Source of the DNA: Paraspadella gotoi
Taxonomy: Eukaryota > Animalia > Chaetognatha
NCBI GenBank assembly: GCA_051294375.1
Contig: CM119263.1
Coordinates: forward strand, 5,516,823-5,580,822
Direction: 5' to 3'
DNA: 64,000 nt
The translations under genes were made by a program, and so were the position numbers. Positions 51,970 to 64,000 of this stretch are shown piece by piece; positions within the stretch are counted from its first letter, which is position 1; each line of letters opens with the position of its first letter. Below the pieces are notes generated by a model. That model saw only the letters and a program-made list of their open reading frames with translations, was not told the origin of the DNA and ran no database searches.

Positions 51970-53201
51970 TGGAATGTAAACAAAAAACGAAAATGGTAAA
52001 CAAACAGAAAGATTCTGACTCATAAACAAAAATACCAAAAAGAAGTTTGGATTAAAATTAAAAAAAAAAAAAGAAAAACAAAGCAAGAAACAGAGAAGCA
52101 AAAAAGAAGAAAAAACAATCGTTTTCTCTGTATAATTTTTTTCCCTTCAGGCAAAGAAGATGAATAACTTTTGACAACACAACAACAAAACAAGGAAAAA
52201 CAACTAAACATTCTTATTCTGTTTCAATTTTCAACGAAATCGGAAAATAACACGAGGAGATAATGTTGTTGATCGTTCGTCGTCGTAGTCGTCGTCGTCG
52301 TTGTTGTTGTGGGCCTCAGCTTTTTGTTTCCTCTCTCGATTTCGTCGCCATTAATTCGTTATTACTCCATTATTGTTTTTTCAGCGGTAGGGGAAATCTT
52401 TCTATATTATAAGGAAGGAAGGAAGGAAAGGTAAGGAGGAAGGAAGGAAGGAAGGAAGGAAGGAAGAAGGAAGGAAGAAGGAAGGAAGGGAAGGAAAAAG
52501 AACAAAAAGAAAAACCGACGAAAAGACCGAGAAAAAGGACCGACGAAGGCGTTTCAACCCGACAACCGACCGACAGACGCGATAAATAGACAGACCGCCG
52601 ACCAAGACCCATATATAGATTTTTATATGCTTAGCCTCCTTGCATAGTGAAAGACTGTAATGACGTAGAAAGCTTAAAAGAAATAAAAGAAAAAAGAATG
52701 AGATGTACGCCGTAGTATTATTTACAACACAGACGGAAAGATGGTAACTTTAATAACGACAACAATTGTTTGTTGTATGTACAAGTTATCTGATACATGC
52801 ATAATGAATAAGAGGAGAAAGAGGAGAACAATACACAACGAAGAACACCGACTGAGTGTTTAAAATTTAACCAAAAAAAGTAACATAATGTTTCTTCCTC
52901 ATTTTTTTTCTTCTTCTTCTCTTTCTTCTTCTTTTACTTCTTAATGATTTCTCTCTTCTTCTTTTTTCCGCAACGTCGTTTTTCTCTTTTCAATTTTCAC
53001 TTCACAACATTCTCTTCCCACTCATCTCTCTCTCTCTCTCTCCCTCTGCCCCCCTCTCAACTCGTTCTCTCCAGACACGGCCCTGCGCCGCTGCCCAAAT
53101 ATTTTCCTTCCGCCGAGTGGTCGATCCATTCCTAGCGCCAGCCCTTCGACATCTGCGAGGGACCCTTTCGGGGTCGCACCCGGCCCAGAGAGAAGAGAGA
53201 G

Positions 53202-53264
<63 letters not shown>

Positions 53265-53832
53265 GACGAGAGAGAGAGAGAGAGAAGCGGCTTCGTCGCG
53301 CCGCAAGGGCCGACCAGAGGGGCTCGTTTCGAAGGCCTCCCCCCCGACGCTCCCCCCTCATTCGCCCGACACGCGGGCGGGCAACTGGAGTCGACGCCGG
53401 TTTGGAGCGGGCGGGCGCTTGACGCGGGCGAGCGAAAGCAGAGGCGGGGGCACCCCCTTCTCTCCTGTCCTCCTTTGGGGCCACAACAGCAACCCAGGGC
53501 CATGAGCGATGAAGGCTACAGGGCCAACCTCGACCCAGCCTCATTCACGAATCACCCCGCCCCCACTCAACACCCCAGCGCTCTTCCCCTTTTTTTCATA
53601 CCCCCGTGGTTTTCTTTTTGGTGCCACAAATGGACTCGACTTTCTTGCTCCTTCGCTTCTCTTTTTGCTCCAGAAGCTTTACTCCTCTCTTTTCTCTTTG
53701 CGTCCGCATAGACTCAGTTTTTCTTCACGTAAACTGTTAATTGCTCCAATACATTTCTAGCGCACTTTTCCGCCGCGGTTGTCTGTACGATGTAAGCGGG
53801 CAAAACGGATATTTCGGCCGGATTTTTATGTG

Positions 53833-53872
<40 letters not shown>

Positions 53873-54416
53873 TCATCTCTCTCTCTCTCATCTCTCTCTC
53901 TCTCTCTTCCTCTCTCTCCTCTCTACTCCCTAAGTTCTTTTTTTTTCTCTTTATAAATTCGACGCCTTTCTTCTTTCTTTCTTTCTTTTCTCTTTATCTT
54001 TTCTTTCTTTCTTTCTTTTCTTTTTTTAATTTCTTTTCTCTTTCATTTGCTTTCTTTTCTTTCTTCTTTCTTCTCTCCGGATCTTCTTTCTTCTTTTTCT
54101 CCTCTTTGCCCTGCCTTTATCTACTCTAAGAGCGCCAAGGATGATTGATTATCAAAGCCAAGCGCGCGCGGCAAACTGAATACTCCAGCCATCTTTTCGT
54201 TGTGTTGGAGATCGTAGCCTTTGAAAAGGCGAAGGCAACCGAGGACGTTCCGCCAAACTGCGAACAAGAAGAGACGAGCGATCCGACATCAACAAAAGAT
54301 CATCTTGAGATTCGGAATCTTTTTTATCTCTTGATTTCGGTCAAACGAATAAAAAGTAAATTCGGGTCCGATGTTATCAACCGAAGGAGAACTGATTGAA
54401 AGAGAAGAGAGAGAGA

Positions 54417-54482
<66 letters not shown>

Positions 54483-55617
54483 CGACGCAGTCAAAACATT
54501 TACCATTAAGAATATTACAACGAAATTTCAGCCACTATCACCCAGATACCAGTGCCTCTGAGCGGAAGAGCGGCCTTAACCAAACTGGTTCCGGTTCCAT
54601 TTGGGCCTCTCATTAAATGAGAGGCGAAGCGAAAGGAATTCTCTTGTTTGCTTTGTTCGTCGTCGGTCGTCGTCGTCCGTCGGTCGTCGTCGATGGTCGT
54701 CGCGTCGTCGTCGGGGAGCCTGCGGGGACTCGGACGCACACAGGGAAGATCAGGGATTCGGGGATTAGGGACTTGTCTTATCAAAAATGCGAGCTGGCAC
54801 GGTCCGACGGCGTGCGAGGTGACGCGGGGCCGCTTCCACAGGCGTATTTGAAGGGTGGGCGTGGCGTGCGGTGGTGGGGTGGGGATCGAGAGCTGAGCGC
54901 GAAAGAAGTTCGTGCACGAAATGAACGCGGACAGGGAATCACAATCGAGTGAAGTGTGATTGATCGAACATGCCGATTGCAACATGATTGCAAGGTGAGT
55001 TGCAGTGATGTGGCGAACTGTGAGTCAAAATTGACTAGATAGTGCGAGGGGATTTTTTATTAATTTTTTGAAAAACGAAACGGAAAATAGAATTAGGTGT
55101 CAATAAAATGAATAGAATGATAAGGAATGATATGGATTCTGATCATGTAAACTTAGTCTATCTCATCGTTCTACCTAAACTCCATTTAATATCAAATGTG
55201 ATAGTTCAAATAATAGTGCGCTTGGTAAATTGCGTGAAGAAGAAAATCAGGATACATTCCCCTCACGCCTTCGTACGCGTGGGGATCTGAGCAAGGGTGT
55301 TGAAGGGGTTTAGGGGTGTTTAAGGGGTGTTTAGAGTGGTGAGGTTGTCAGCTTTAAAGCCTTGAGGGTGTTCTCAGGGGTCTGGGGAACAAAGGTTGTG
55401 GCAAGACAGGGGTGTAAGGGGTGAAGGAAATGCAGGAGATGGAGCGGTGGAGGGATGGAGGGAGGGGAGGGGAGAGGGGAGCGGGGAATGGTCGGGAGGA
55501 GGATGGGCGGTTACAAATCGGCGCTCTGGGAAAGAGACGCGATACGCTAATATGGAATGACGAAGTCGCGTCAACGAAGGACGCCCTCAGAGACGCGCGG
55601 GGGCGAGAGAGAGGAGG

Positions 55618-55653
<36 letters not shown>

Positions 55654-56561
55654 GAGAGAGAGAGCGAGAGAGGGGGGAGAGGACGAGAGAGAGAGGAGCT
55701 GAGAGAGAAGAAGGAGAGCCGAGAGAAGAGAGAGAGAGGATGAGAGAGAGATTCGCAAACGGAACCAGATCGGGAGTATTTCTCATGGTGCAGCGTCATC
55801 AACTCCTGATTTTTTGTGGGGTACAGTAGTTCAGGAGAGGAGGAGGAGGAGGAGGAGAGATGGCGGCAGGCGGAGGAGAAGGGGATGGGGAAGGAGCCAG
55901 AAAGAGAGTTTTAAAATTGATACAACGGAATATAAAAGTATACATGATACCCTGTTTATAGTAGGTGGTCAGGGGGAATAGAAGAGAGAATGATTGAGAA
56001 TGATGACGCACGACGACGACACGCGACGACGCAAGGGAAATGGGAAAGAAAAAGAAATCAGTTCTGTCATTCGCTCAGGAAATCTATCTCTATTTCACTC
56101 ACTTTTATTATCTCATCGCTCTTTCTTATCTCTCATCCTTCTCTCTCTCTCTCTATCTCTCACTCTCTCTCTACTCTCTCTTCGTCATCTCTCTACTCTC
56201 ATCTCAGTAAGCCTCTCTCCTCTTCACCCACCACTTTCTCATCATTCTCTCTATCTCTTCTTCTCTCTCTCAGCTAAGAAAATCCCTTCGATTATGATGT
56301 CGCCGGGAGGGAAGAAAGGTCAACCGGCGGGGTTTGGAACTGATGGCGCCCTCTGTCAAGGGCCGTTCGAGGTAATTGGCGAGGTCATGGTTGCGGGCGG
56401 GGTCATTTCAAGGTTCAACGAAGGTCAAAGAGACAGAGAAGCCCGAACCGAAATCGCGAGGTCATCAGTGTTGGAGAAGAAAAAAGAGAGTAGGAAGAGA
56501 GGGAAGAGAGTAAGGATTGCAGAGAGTAAAGAAAGGATTTGGATGAAGGAGAGAAGACAGA

Positions 56562-56656
<95 letters not shown>

Positions 56657-57172
56657 CCCCTCTCTAAAGGATTTTCCGGTGATCTTATGTGAAAAGAAAA
56701 TCGACCCTTGACAAAAAAATGGAGACTTTATGACCCGAGAGAAGAAAACCTATTGAGATAAAACGAGACTCAACGACATCCGGGTTTTCTCAGCCGGCAA
56801 CATCCGGGGATCGTCCGGGGAAGGAAAGGACAAAAAGAAAAGAGAGAGAGAAGGAGGAAAAGAGAGGAAAAGGGAGGAGAGAAAAGAAAAAAAATGTCTA
56901 GATGATGGCGAATTGATTGAAAGGGATGTTGAGAAAGAAAAAGGATTAAGGAAAAGAGAAATAAAAGGAAAAGGAAAAAAAAGGAAGAAACGGAGATTCA
57001 AAGATGAATGATGGCCGCCTGATTCTCCTCCTCCTCTTCCTCCTCCTCCTCATCCTACTCCTCCTCCTCCTCCTCCTTTTTGCACCTGAGCTCGGACAAC
57101 AAAAGCCGAAGTCGAGTTTGATCAGAACGAGAATTATTGATGCGCTTTTTCCTTTTCGCTACTTTTCTTTTT

Positions 57173-57332
57173 CTCAACCACTCAACCCCTCAACCCCTCA
57201 ACTTCTCAACCCCTCAACCCCTCAACCTCTCAAACCTTCAAACCCTCAACTCCTCAACTCCTCAACTACTAAACCACTCAACCCCTCAAACCCTCAACTT
57301 CTCATCTCCTCAAACACTCAACTACTCAACCC
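57173..57332. repeat. 8-bp minisatellite (CTCAACCC-like)
   Basis: A run of degenerate ctcaaccc/ctcaactc/ctcaaacc units at 8-nt spacing. Confidence 0.85.
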
Positions 57333-57930
57333 GTAAATTCCTCATTCCCTTAAGTCTCTATTCTTTTCTTTCTCTCGTCCTAATTTCATTCCTTTTTACC
57401 TCTAAACTCTAAACTCTTTGTTTTATAAAATCGTAAACTTAAAACTAAAAGTTTTATAAACTTTAAACTATTTTTGTTATAGTTTCCCGTTTTTTATTAT
57501 TCTTTCAACCAACACGTTGCTATTCCATCCAAGCTTCCTTTATCGACAAAGTGATTCAATTTTATATTAATAACTTTTCCTTCTTCTCTTCAGTCATTCT
57601 CTCTTCCGACGATATTATTTGACAATCGTAACACTTTATATAACGATTGAATTGAGTATTACACATTTCAGCACGAGCATCGGGCAACAAACCAGCTAAC
57701 CGGCTTCCTTATTTGTATAGAATGATTATGAGAAATAAAGGAGAGATTGAGAGAGAGTGATTGTGAAAGAGAGAGAGAGAGAGGGATAGAAGAGAGAGAA
57801 ATTAGATGACATGAGTGAGAGAGCTTATTGGTAGTCTTTGTTCGGTGTAATGGACTTGACTCATAATCTCGGCGCGACGAGGACTGCTGGTCGCGTGGGC
57901 CAAGAGATGAGAGAGGAGGAAGAAGAGACG

Positions 57931-57964
<34 letters not shown>

Positions 57965-58941
57965 CGTGGGCCAAGAGGGAGAGACGCCGTTCGCAAGGGA
58001 ATTAGATTTCTAGTGAGTCTTTGTGGGTGGAAGAGAAAATGCAGTGGAAGTGGGGAAATCGGGATCTCAGGGTGAATGATGTAGGCTTAAGATTATGATT
58101 AATCTATACCAAATTTAAAATAATATCTTTATTCCAATTAACACAATAAGAAGCCTATTTCCTACCCATGTTTATGAAGCACTAATACAGTTTATTTTCT
58201 TATTTATATCTACGCAGTCGGATTGACTCTTTTACTGATTCAATTCACTGTTTTTTTTGTTGATTGATCTGCGATGGAAATAAAGATCATCACTTTCATT
58301 CGCCGTTCGTCATTCCAATAAACACCACGCCACACCCCACCACCCACTGCACGCCACGCCACGCCACGACAAACCACGCCATCAAGCGCCCGTCGCCTCC
58401 ATCAATGATTGGGTGATTTCTGGCGCCTTCGCCTCCGCTGGTGGGCGGACGAAGGAGCGCCGCTTAGGCCTCCTTCCTCGGCACCGCGACTGACGATTCC
58501 TTGGCGCCGCAAAGACGTTAATCGACTCGGAAACTAAATCCTCGGAACCGGAAGTCGGCACCGGGAAATTCTCTTATTGGCGCCGTAAATCCTCACGTTG
58601 GCGCCGCAGACTTTTTCCTTCTCTAAAACGATTTTCCCACTTTTTTTTCGGCAGGTTAAAGAAAAATTGCGCAAGAAATTCAGCGATTTATGCAAATTTA
58701 AGATGGAGTCTGGAATCTCCCTTCTGATTGCCTCCTTGATCGTCGTCGTCGTCGTCGTCGTCGTCGTCATCGTCGGCGGCAGCGATCGTTCTCATTAGAG
58801 TCATGATCTTTGTCGTCGTCATCGTTGTCGTCGTCGTTGTCGTCGACTTTGCATTTCTGGCGTCGAGTTACGCCACCTCTAATTAGAAGTCTAGACGAAA
58901 AGCTCATCCCCACCGATCGACTGCTCGAGCTCTCTCTCTCT

Positions 58942-58989
<48 letters not shown>

Positions 58990-59107
58990 CTCTCTTCTTC
59001 TCTCTCTTCTCGCTTCTAGGCTGCGCGACTTCTCTGGCGTCTGCTCTTCCCGCCTCTACCTCTCCCACTCCTCTTCATTTGTCCTTTTCTCCATCTCTTT
59101 CACATTT

Positions 59108-59195
<88 letters not shown>

Positions 59196-59359
59196 TCCAT
59201 CCTACATCGACATACTCTCACCTACTAATGCGACCCTTTCATTATGCTGGACACAATTTACGACATTTTTGCATAATTTATCATAAATATACATCGCAGG
59301 TTTTTTAAGCGTTTTTATTAAGAGAGGAGACGAAAAGAAGAGATGGAATTTAAAGAAAA

Positions 59360-59490
59360 TGAAGTGAATTGAATTGAATTGAATTGAATTGAATTGAACG
59401 GACAGGAGTGGAAACGAATAGAAGTGAATTGAATTGAATTGAATCGAATTGAATGGACAGGAGTGGAAACGAATGGAAGTGAATGAAGTA
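59360..59490. repeat. (GAATT)n pentamer with a duplicated GGACAGGAGTGGAAACGAAT spacer
   Basis: Two ~55-bp higher-order units. Confidence 0.85.
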
Positions 59491-60950
59491 TCTCAGAGTT
59501 GAAATGAATGTAAAGGAATGAAAATGAATGGAAATTGATTTACTGGAAATGAATGAATTTCATAGAAATGATTGGATTCAAGATGAATGAAATGAATTGA
59601 CATAGAATTAATGCAATGATTTAGGAAAGAAAATGACTAAAATAAAAATGGATTAGTAGTACTATACCAAGACCGGCATTTATTTCTCATTAAATGAATG
59701 TCATGGAAAAAAATTAAAAGTTTAAAGAATGAAGGTATTAAAAGTTCAATGAATAAAGAGACTTAAATATAAAAAAGTAAAACTTAATATGATGAAGTAA
59801 AAAAAAGAATTTCGTCTAGAAAAAAATAAAAGAAGAAAATGGAGATTTTCTCTGCTTCTTTTCTTTCCTCCTTCTTTCCTTTAATCACTTTTCTTTCCAT
59901 TAATTTTCCTTTCCTCCCTTTTCTTCCTCTATCTCCTCCTCCTCCTCCTCATTCCTCCTCTACACCTCCTCATCAATTTCCTTCTTCATCCTTTTGTCTC
60001 TTTCTTCATTCTATTCCTTCCTCTTCTTCCTCCTCCTCTTCCTCCTCCTCCTCTTCCTCGTTTGACGTTGATAGTCTTTTGTTCTCTTCTCGATTCCCTT
60101 TTTTTTTCTCTCTTCGTTTCGAATCTCGCCGCTTGTCGTCGCTGGCAACCGGAAGGGGGCGTGGCGTCGTCGACTCGAGAAGCGGAAATTATCGACGCCA
60201 GAAGCGAAGGAAATTGGCTTAGGCCGACAAGGGGGGGGAAGGTTTGTCGGCAGGCGCCGGGAATTCGCGTCGGCTCGTCGGCCCGCGTCACCGTCCGGCG
60301 TTTTGACGTCTTCCGGCGCAAAACGACGCAGGTGGCGACGCCTGACGGATTAAATCGAATCAAATCGAAAAAAAAAATAAAAACAAAATAAAAAAAATGA
60401 AAGGCGAAAAATTGAGATTATTTTATAATCGAGTTTAATTCGTTGATCGAAAACGCAGACGCAACAAACGTTGAGGCTTTTGTTTTTAAGACTTTGGTCG
60501 GTCGGTCAGTCGTTCCATCGGTCGGTCGGTCGTTCGGTGTATTTGTCTCAATAATAAGTTTATATCTAATATTATATAATGATAAATGAAATGAGGTACA
60601 ACTTTATTTATATTTTTTCCCTTATTTTCTCAATTTATCCTCTCTTTCTCCCTCTCTATATATTCTTCTCCTACTCTCTCTCTNNNNNNNNNNNNNNNNN
60701 NNNNNNNNTCCTCGTCTCTCTCTCTCTCTGCTCTCTCTCTCCTTCTCTCTCTCTCTCTCTCTTCTCTTCTTGACCCTTCGCTTCGCCCTTTTTTGCATAA
60801 GTTTGATCTTTTTCTGCTTTTCTTCCAGGCCATCGCCTTAGGAGGCGCGGACGGACGGACGGAGTTAGACCGATGAAGAGACCGACTTTTATCTTTTTTT
60901 AAGCACAACCGTCCACTCAACTGAAAAGAGAGAGGCGAGAGAGAGGAAGT

Positions 60951-60988
<38 letters not shown>

Positions 60989-60990
60989 CA

Positions 60991-61029
<39 letters not shown>

Positions 61030-61148
61030 CAGAGACTGTCACTTTCATGACGCGTTTGATTTTTGATTATCAATTGGAGAAAATTACGCTTAAATAAAAG
61101 TGATATTGCCTCAAAGCTTGATATTTAAACAAACATTTACGGTATCAG

Positions 61149-61193
<45 letters not shown>

Positions 61194-61616
61194 CTCTCTC
61201 ATCTCTTCTCTTCTCTCTCTCTCCATGAAGAATCGCCTTCGTCCAAGTCCACTTTTCCAACGCGGCCCGGCGACTGCATTATTTAATTAGGCGAAGGGGA
61301 ACGGGGAGCGAGCGAACTCTGGCCTCTAGACCTCCACCGCGAAAACTAAGGAAATACAAAAGGTGACGACCTAATTGAAATCTCGTGTCACGCCTGGTCC
61401 AAAGGCGAGAGAATAGATGAGAGGGGGAGGGAAGGGAAAGGGAGAGGGCGAGAAGAGGGAAAGGAGAGAAGAGGGAGAGGGAGAGAGGAGAAAGGAAATT
61501 GAAAACGTTGAAAGAGTAAGACAATTTGCTAGGAATAGAAGAAGTTAGTGTGAGAGAGAGATAAGAAAGAGAAAAGAAAGAGAAGAGACGAAGACAGAGA
61601 GAGAGAGAGAGATAGC

Positions 61617-61647
<31 letters not shown>

Positions 61648-62579
61648 GAGCAGAGGACGAGACCGAGACGCACCGCGACGGAGCTGAGAGATCGAGAAAG
61701 AGAGAGCAGAGCGATAGAGAGAAGAGGAGAGTGACTCGTAGTTTATTCGGTCTCCCTCCGGACGCTTTACGAGTAGATTCAAAGTCTGCTTAAATTGCAA
61801 ATCAAGAGTGACTGCAAACGCAGAAAGCTGTTTACCGAAAGGGTTAGGAAGGAGGAGAAGGAGGGAGGCTATTAGGAGTCAGAGCCCTTATTCGACTATG
61901 ATTCGACTACCTCAAACGTACAATGAAATCATGATTTCATGATTTTCATGTATTCATGCTGCTCATCTTCTATTAAAAGATGCACTCCTGCTTTTATTTC
62001 GGGCATCTACTTCTCCTCCTCTCAACTCCTCCACTTAACTCCTCCTAATTAGTGAATTCATACGGAAAAAGGACTAACCAATTCATCTTCAAGCAACAAC
62101 AAAGATATGAGACAAATCATACGGTGAATCAACTGACATGAAGTTCATACACTAAAAAATAAAACGGGTAAAGATAATATAAAGAACAACTTGGCAATGG
62201 TAAGCAATGTCATTACTTGATCTTATGATCTTTTGTCAGTTTCATTGTAATGAAATTCACTTCTCAGATTCATTTATGAAATCAGTTGATGCAGATTCCG
62301 TTAGAGATGAATTATTTAGTTGAATCAATGCATGAATTCATTACACTAAAAAAATAAAACGGGTAAAGAAATATAAAGATAACAACTTGCAATGGTTTAA
62401 TATTAGTATTGTTCATAGCCTTACAGCACTAGAATTTCCCTGACTCCAGAACGCCCCATTGTTGAGTAACCGGGTTTGATGTGTGTAGATTAAGGAACTT
62501 CCAGTAACAATTAATAACATAACAAACATACTTTCTATAGTTCATTCAAAACATTAGTTAGTAGGCATTCTCCGGGGAG

Positions 62580-64000
62580 TGTGAAAGATTATTAATCGTT
62601 CGCCGCAGCGTGTTGTGAATCCTGTGTCGCGTGTCAAAACTCAGTATGCACCTTTCTAAAATTCCTTGGCGACGAAACGCTAAGCACAGTATCATTAAGT
62701 GTCTTACGTTACGACGCCAGATTTCACGCGCGCACGACCTCTTCTTAACACTCCCCCCTGTACGTTACACGGACACGTAATACAATAAGAGGTCGTCCGC
62801 ACGCTGTTCTTCGCCCTTTGGCATAGTAGAGCCGTCTGCAATTTGTCCACTCAGCATGCAACCCGCATGTTGTTCTCCCCATAGTTTCGGCTCCGACCTT
62901 GATGACCCCATTGAAGTACGCTGACGCGGCTCCTTGGCATCGTTGTCCTTAAACCCCAGCCAACTCAGTTGGCTCCAAAATTTGATGTGACGGCGCCAAA
63001 CTCCCCCGTCTGGGTTCATCCCGAAGCGCCACCGACTCACGCGATCGATCTCCGCCGTTTGGCAATGGCGCTCCCAGCGTTTGTCTCCTTGACCTCCTGT
63101 CTTGACGATTTTGTGCTGGCATACCGGCGTCGGTCTCCTTGATGACGCCCTCTTATTGCCGCTCCCCCCGTGGCATTCATGGGCCCCGGATTTTCGATGT
63201 CTTTCTCCTTTGCGTCGATCATTCTTGTCTGGGGGTGTCACTTCGTGCATGCTGAGGTTACAGAAAGAGTTGGGGTGCATGTTTGGTGCAGAAACGATCA
63301 CCATTGAAGTCCTCTTTCTTGGAATTTCCCTCCCCCCTCTTGTTTTCACAAGATTAATCAATTTGTTTAGGTTAATATCACTGTGTCAGAGACGATCCAA
63401 ATTTAATAAATTTGTCTCAAAACTTGCTCACTCAGTATTCACGTCTTTTCAAAACTTGTTCAAGCTCTCATTCAACTTTCTTATAACTTCCGTCCTTTAA
63501 ATGCTATGGTGTTAATTTTCCAGTGATTTATTGCTAGGGCACCAAACGAGCATAAACAAATCTAAATACAGCTCCCCATCTATCTTCTCATTGCTTCTCT
63601 ATTTTTACTTCTCTTTATAAAGTGAAAGTGTCAACCTGAGTCCATCAAACTTTAATAAAAATGTTGCATTTGTTTAGACAACAACTCCATCTGTGTCGTC
63701 CATCGTCGTCTCTCTGAGCGCAAAGAAGACCCTTGTACTTTTCCTCTCAATAGGTCCTCTCAACTCATGTCCGATTGGCCATAACTCACGATCTCAAGCC
63801 TCTTGAATGTGTTCGTTAATCTTTTAACAATTGCCAGTAGTTCTTTCTTTCACTCCAAAGTATTTCTCTTCACACCCTTAGATTCCTCGCTTGAATGTGA
63901 GTCGTCAAACAAAATTTTAGTTTCTACCTCCAACTATGTCAGCTGCTCCAAGCAGTTAAAGTTAAAGGTGATGTCCTCCTCCTTCGCGTCGTTCTTTTTC
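62580..64000 (-). mobile_element. Decayed Gypsy-type LTR retrotransposon 3' portion (RNase H and integrase-tail remnants, PPT, candidate ~170-bp LTR at 62750-62580)
   Basis: Minus-strand fragments EEKY..KELLAIVK (about 63826-63870), RRW and HFIKRSKNREA resemble the Gypsy RNase H. GGVWRRH resembles an integrase C-terminal motif. The purine tract AGGGGGGAG directly precedes TGTTAAG (62750), with ...TTTCACA at 62580. Many stops and frameshifts. Confidence 0.55.

Larger units (their letters stand above)
25179..56520. repeat. Multi-kb tandem-like duplications of COE intronic/exonic sequence (2-4 copies)
   Basis: 28235-30700 matches about 39620-42085 (offset 11387) and 33155-34708 matches 44476-46029 (offset 11321), with identical ORF translations. 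Indel-rich versions occur at 35119-36436, 36462-39600, 46030-47337, 49413-54080 and 54130-56520 (a copy of 47588-49387). Junctions mostly fall at N gaps. Confidence 0.95.

Noticed and set aside
62147-62397. ~55-bp direct repeat (TACACTAAAAAATAAAACGGGTAAAG...) at about 62147 and 62342
   Set aside because: A short local duplication with indels in a noisy region; no TIR/TSD structure could be established.
56520-64000. Search for upstream COE DBD exons (zinc knuckle, RFFLKFFLKCNQNC)
   Set aside because: Not found in any frame; presumably beyond the window.

Overview
Intron-rich animal genomic DNA (probably ecdysozoan, judged from the collier C-terminus) with abundant GA/TC/GAC microsatellites and several N gaps. 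Genes from left to right: a PCTP-like START gene (+) that can splice onto a ~635-codon low-complexity exon; a small brorin/VWC2-like gene (-); a 9-exon divergent casein kinase 1 gamma-like gene (-) with a non-RD catalytic loop; a weakly supported orphan gene (-); and the 3' half of a COE/EBF/collier gene (-), whose 5' exons lie beyond the window. One orphan-gene intron carries a Penelope-like insertion with inverted pseudo-LTRs, two minimal hammerhead ribozymes and a 14-bp target-site duplication. One COE intron contains a ~2-kb foldback element and a same-strand nested C8orf74/CABCOCO1-like ciliary gene. About 25-56.5 kb consists of 2-4 overlapping copies of the same COE intron/exon sequence with random indels, most likely a long-read gap-filling artefact. 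Those copies contain 14-bp-periodic DR1/TCF and ETS motif arrays and RFX X-boxes. A decayed Gypsy pol/LTR remnant ends the window. All calls come from reading the sequence by eye; no database searches were run.
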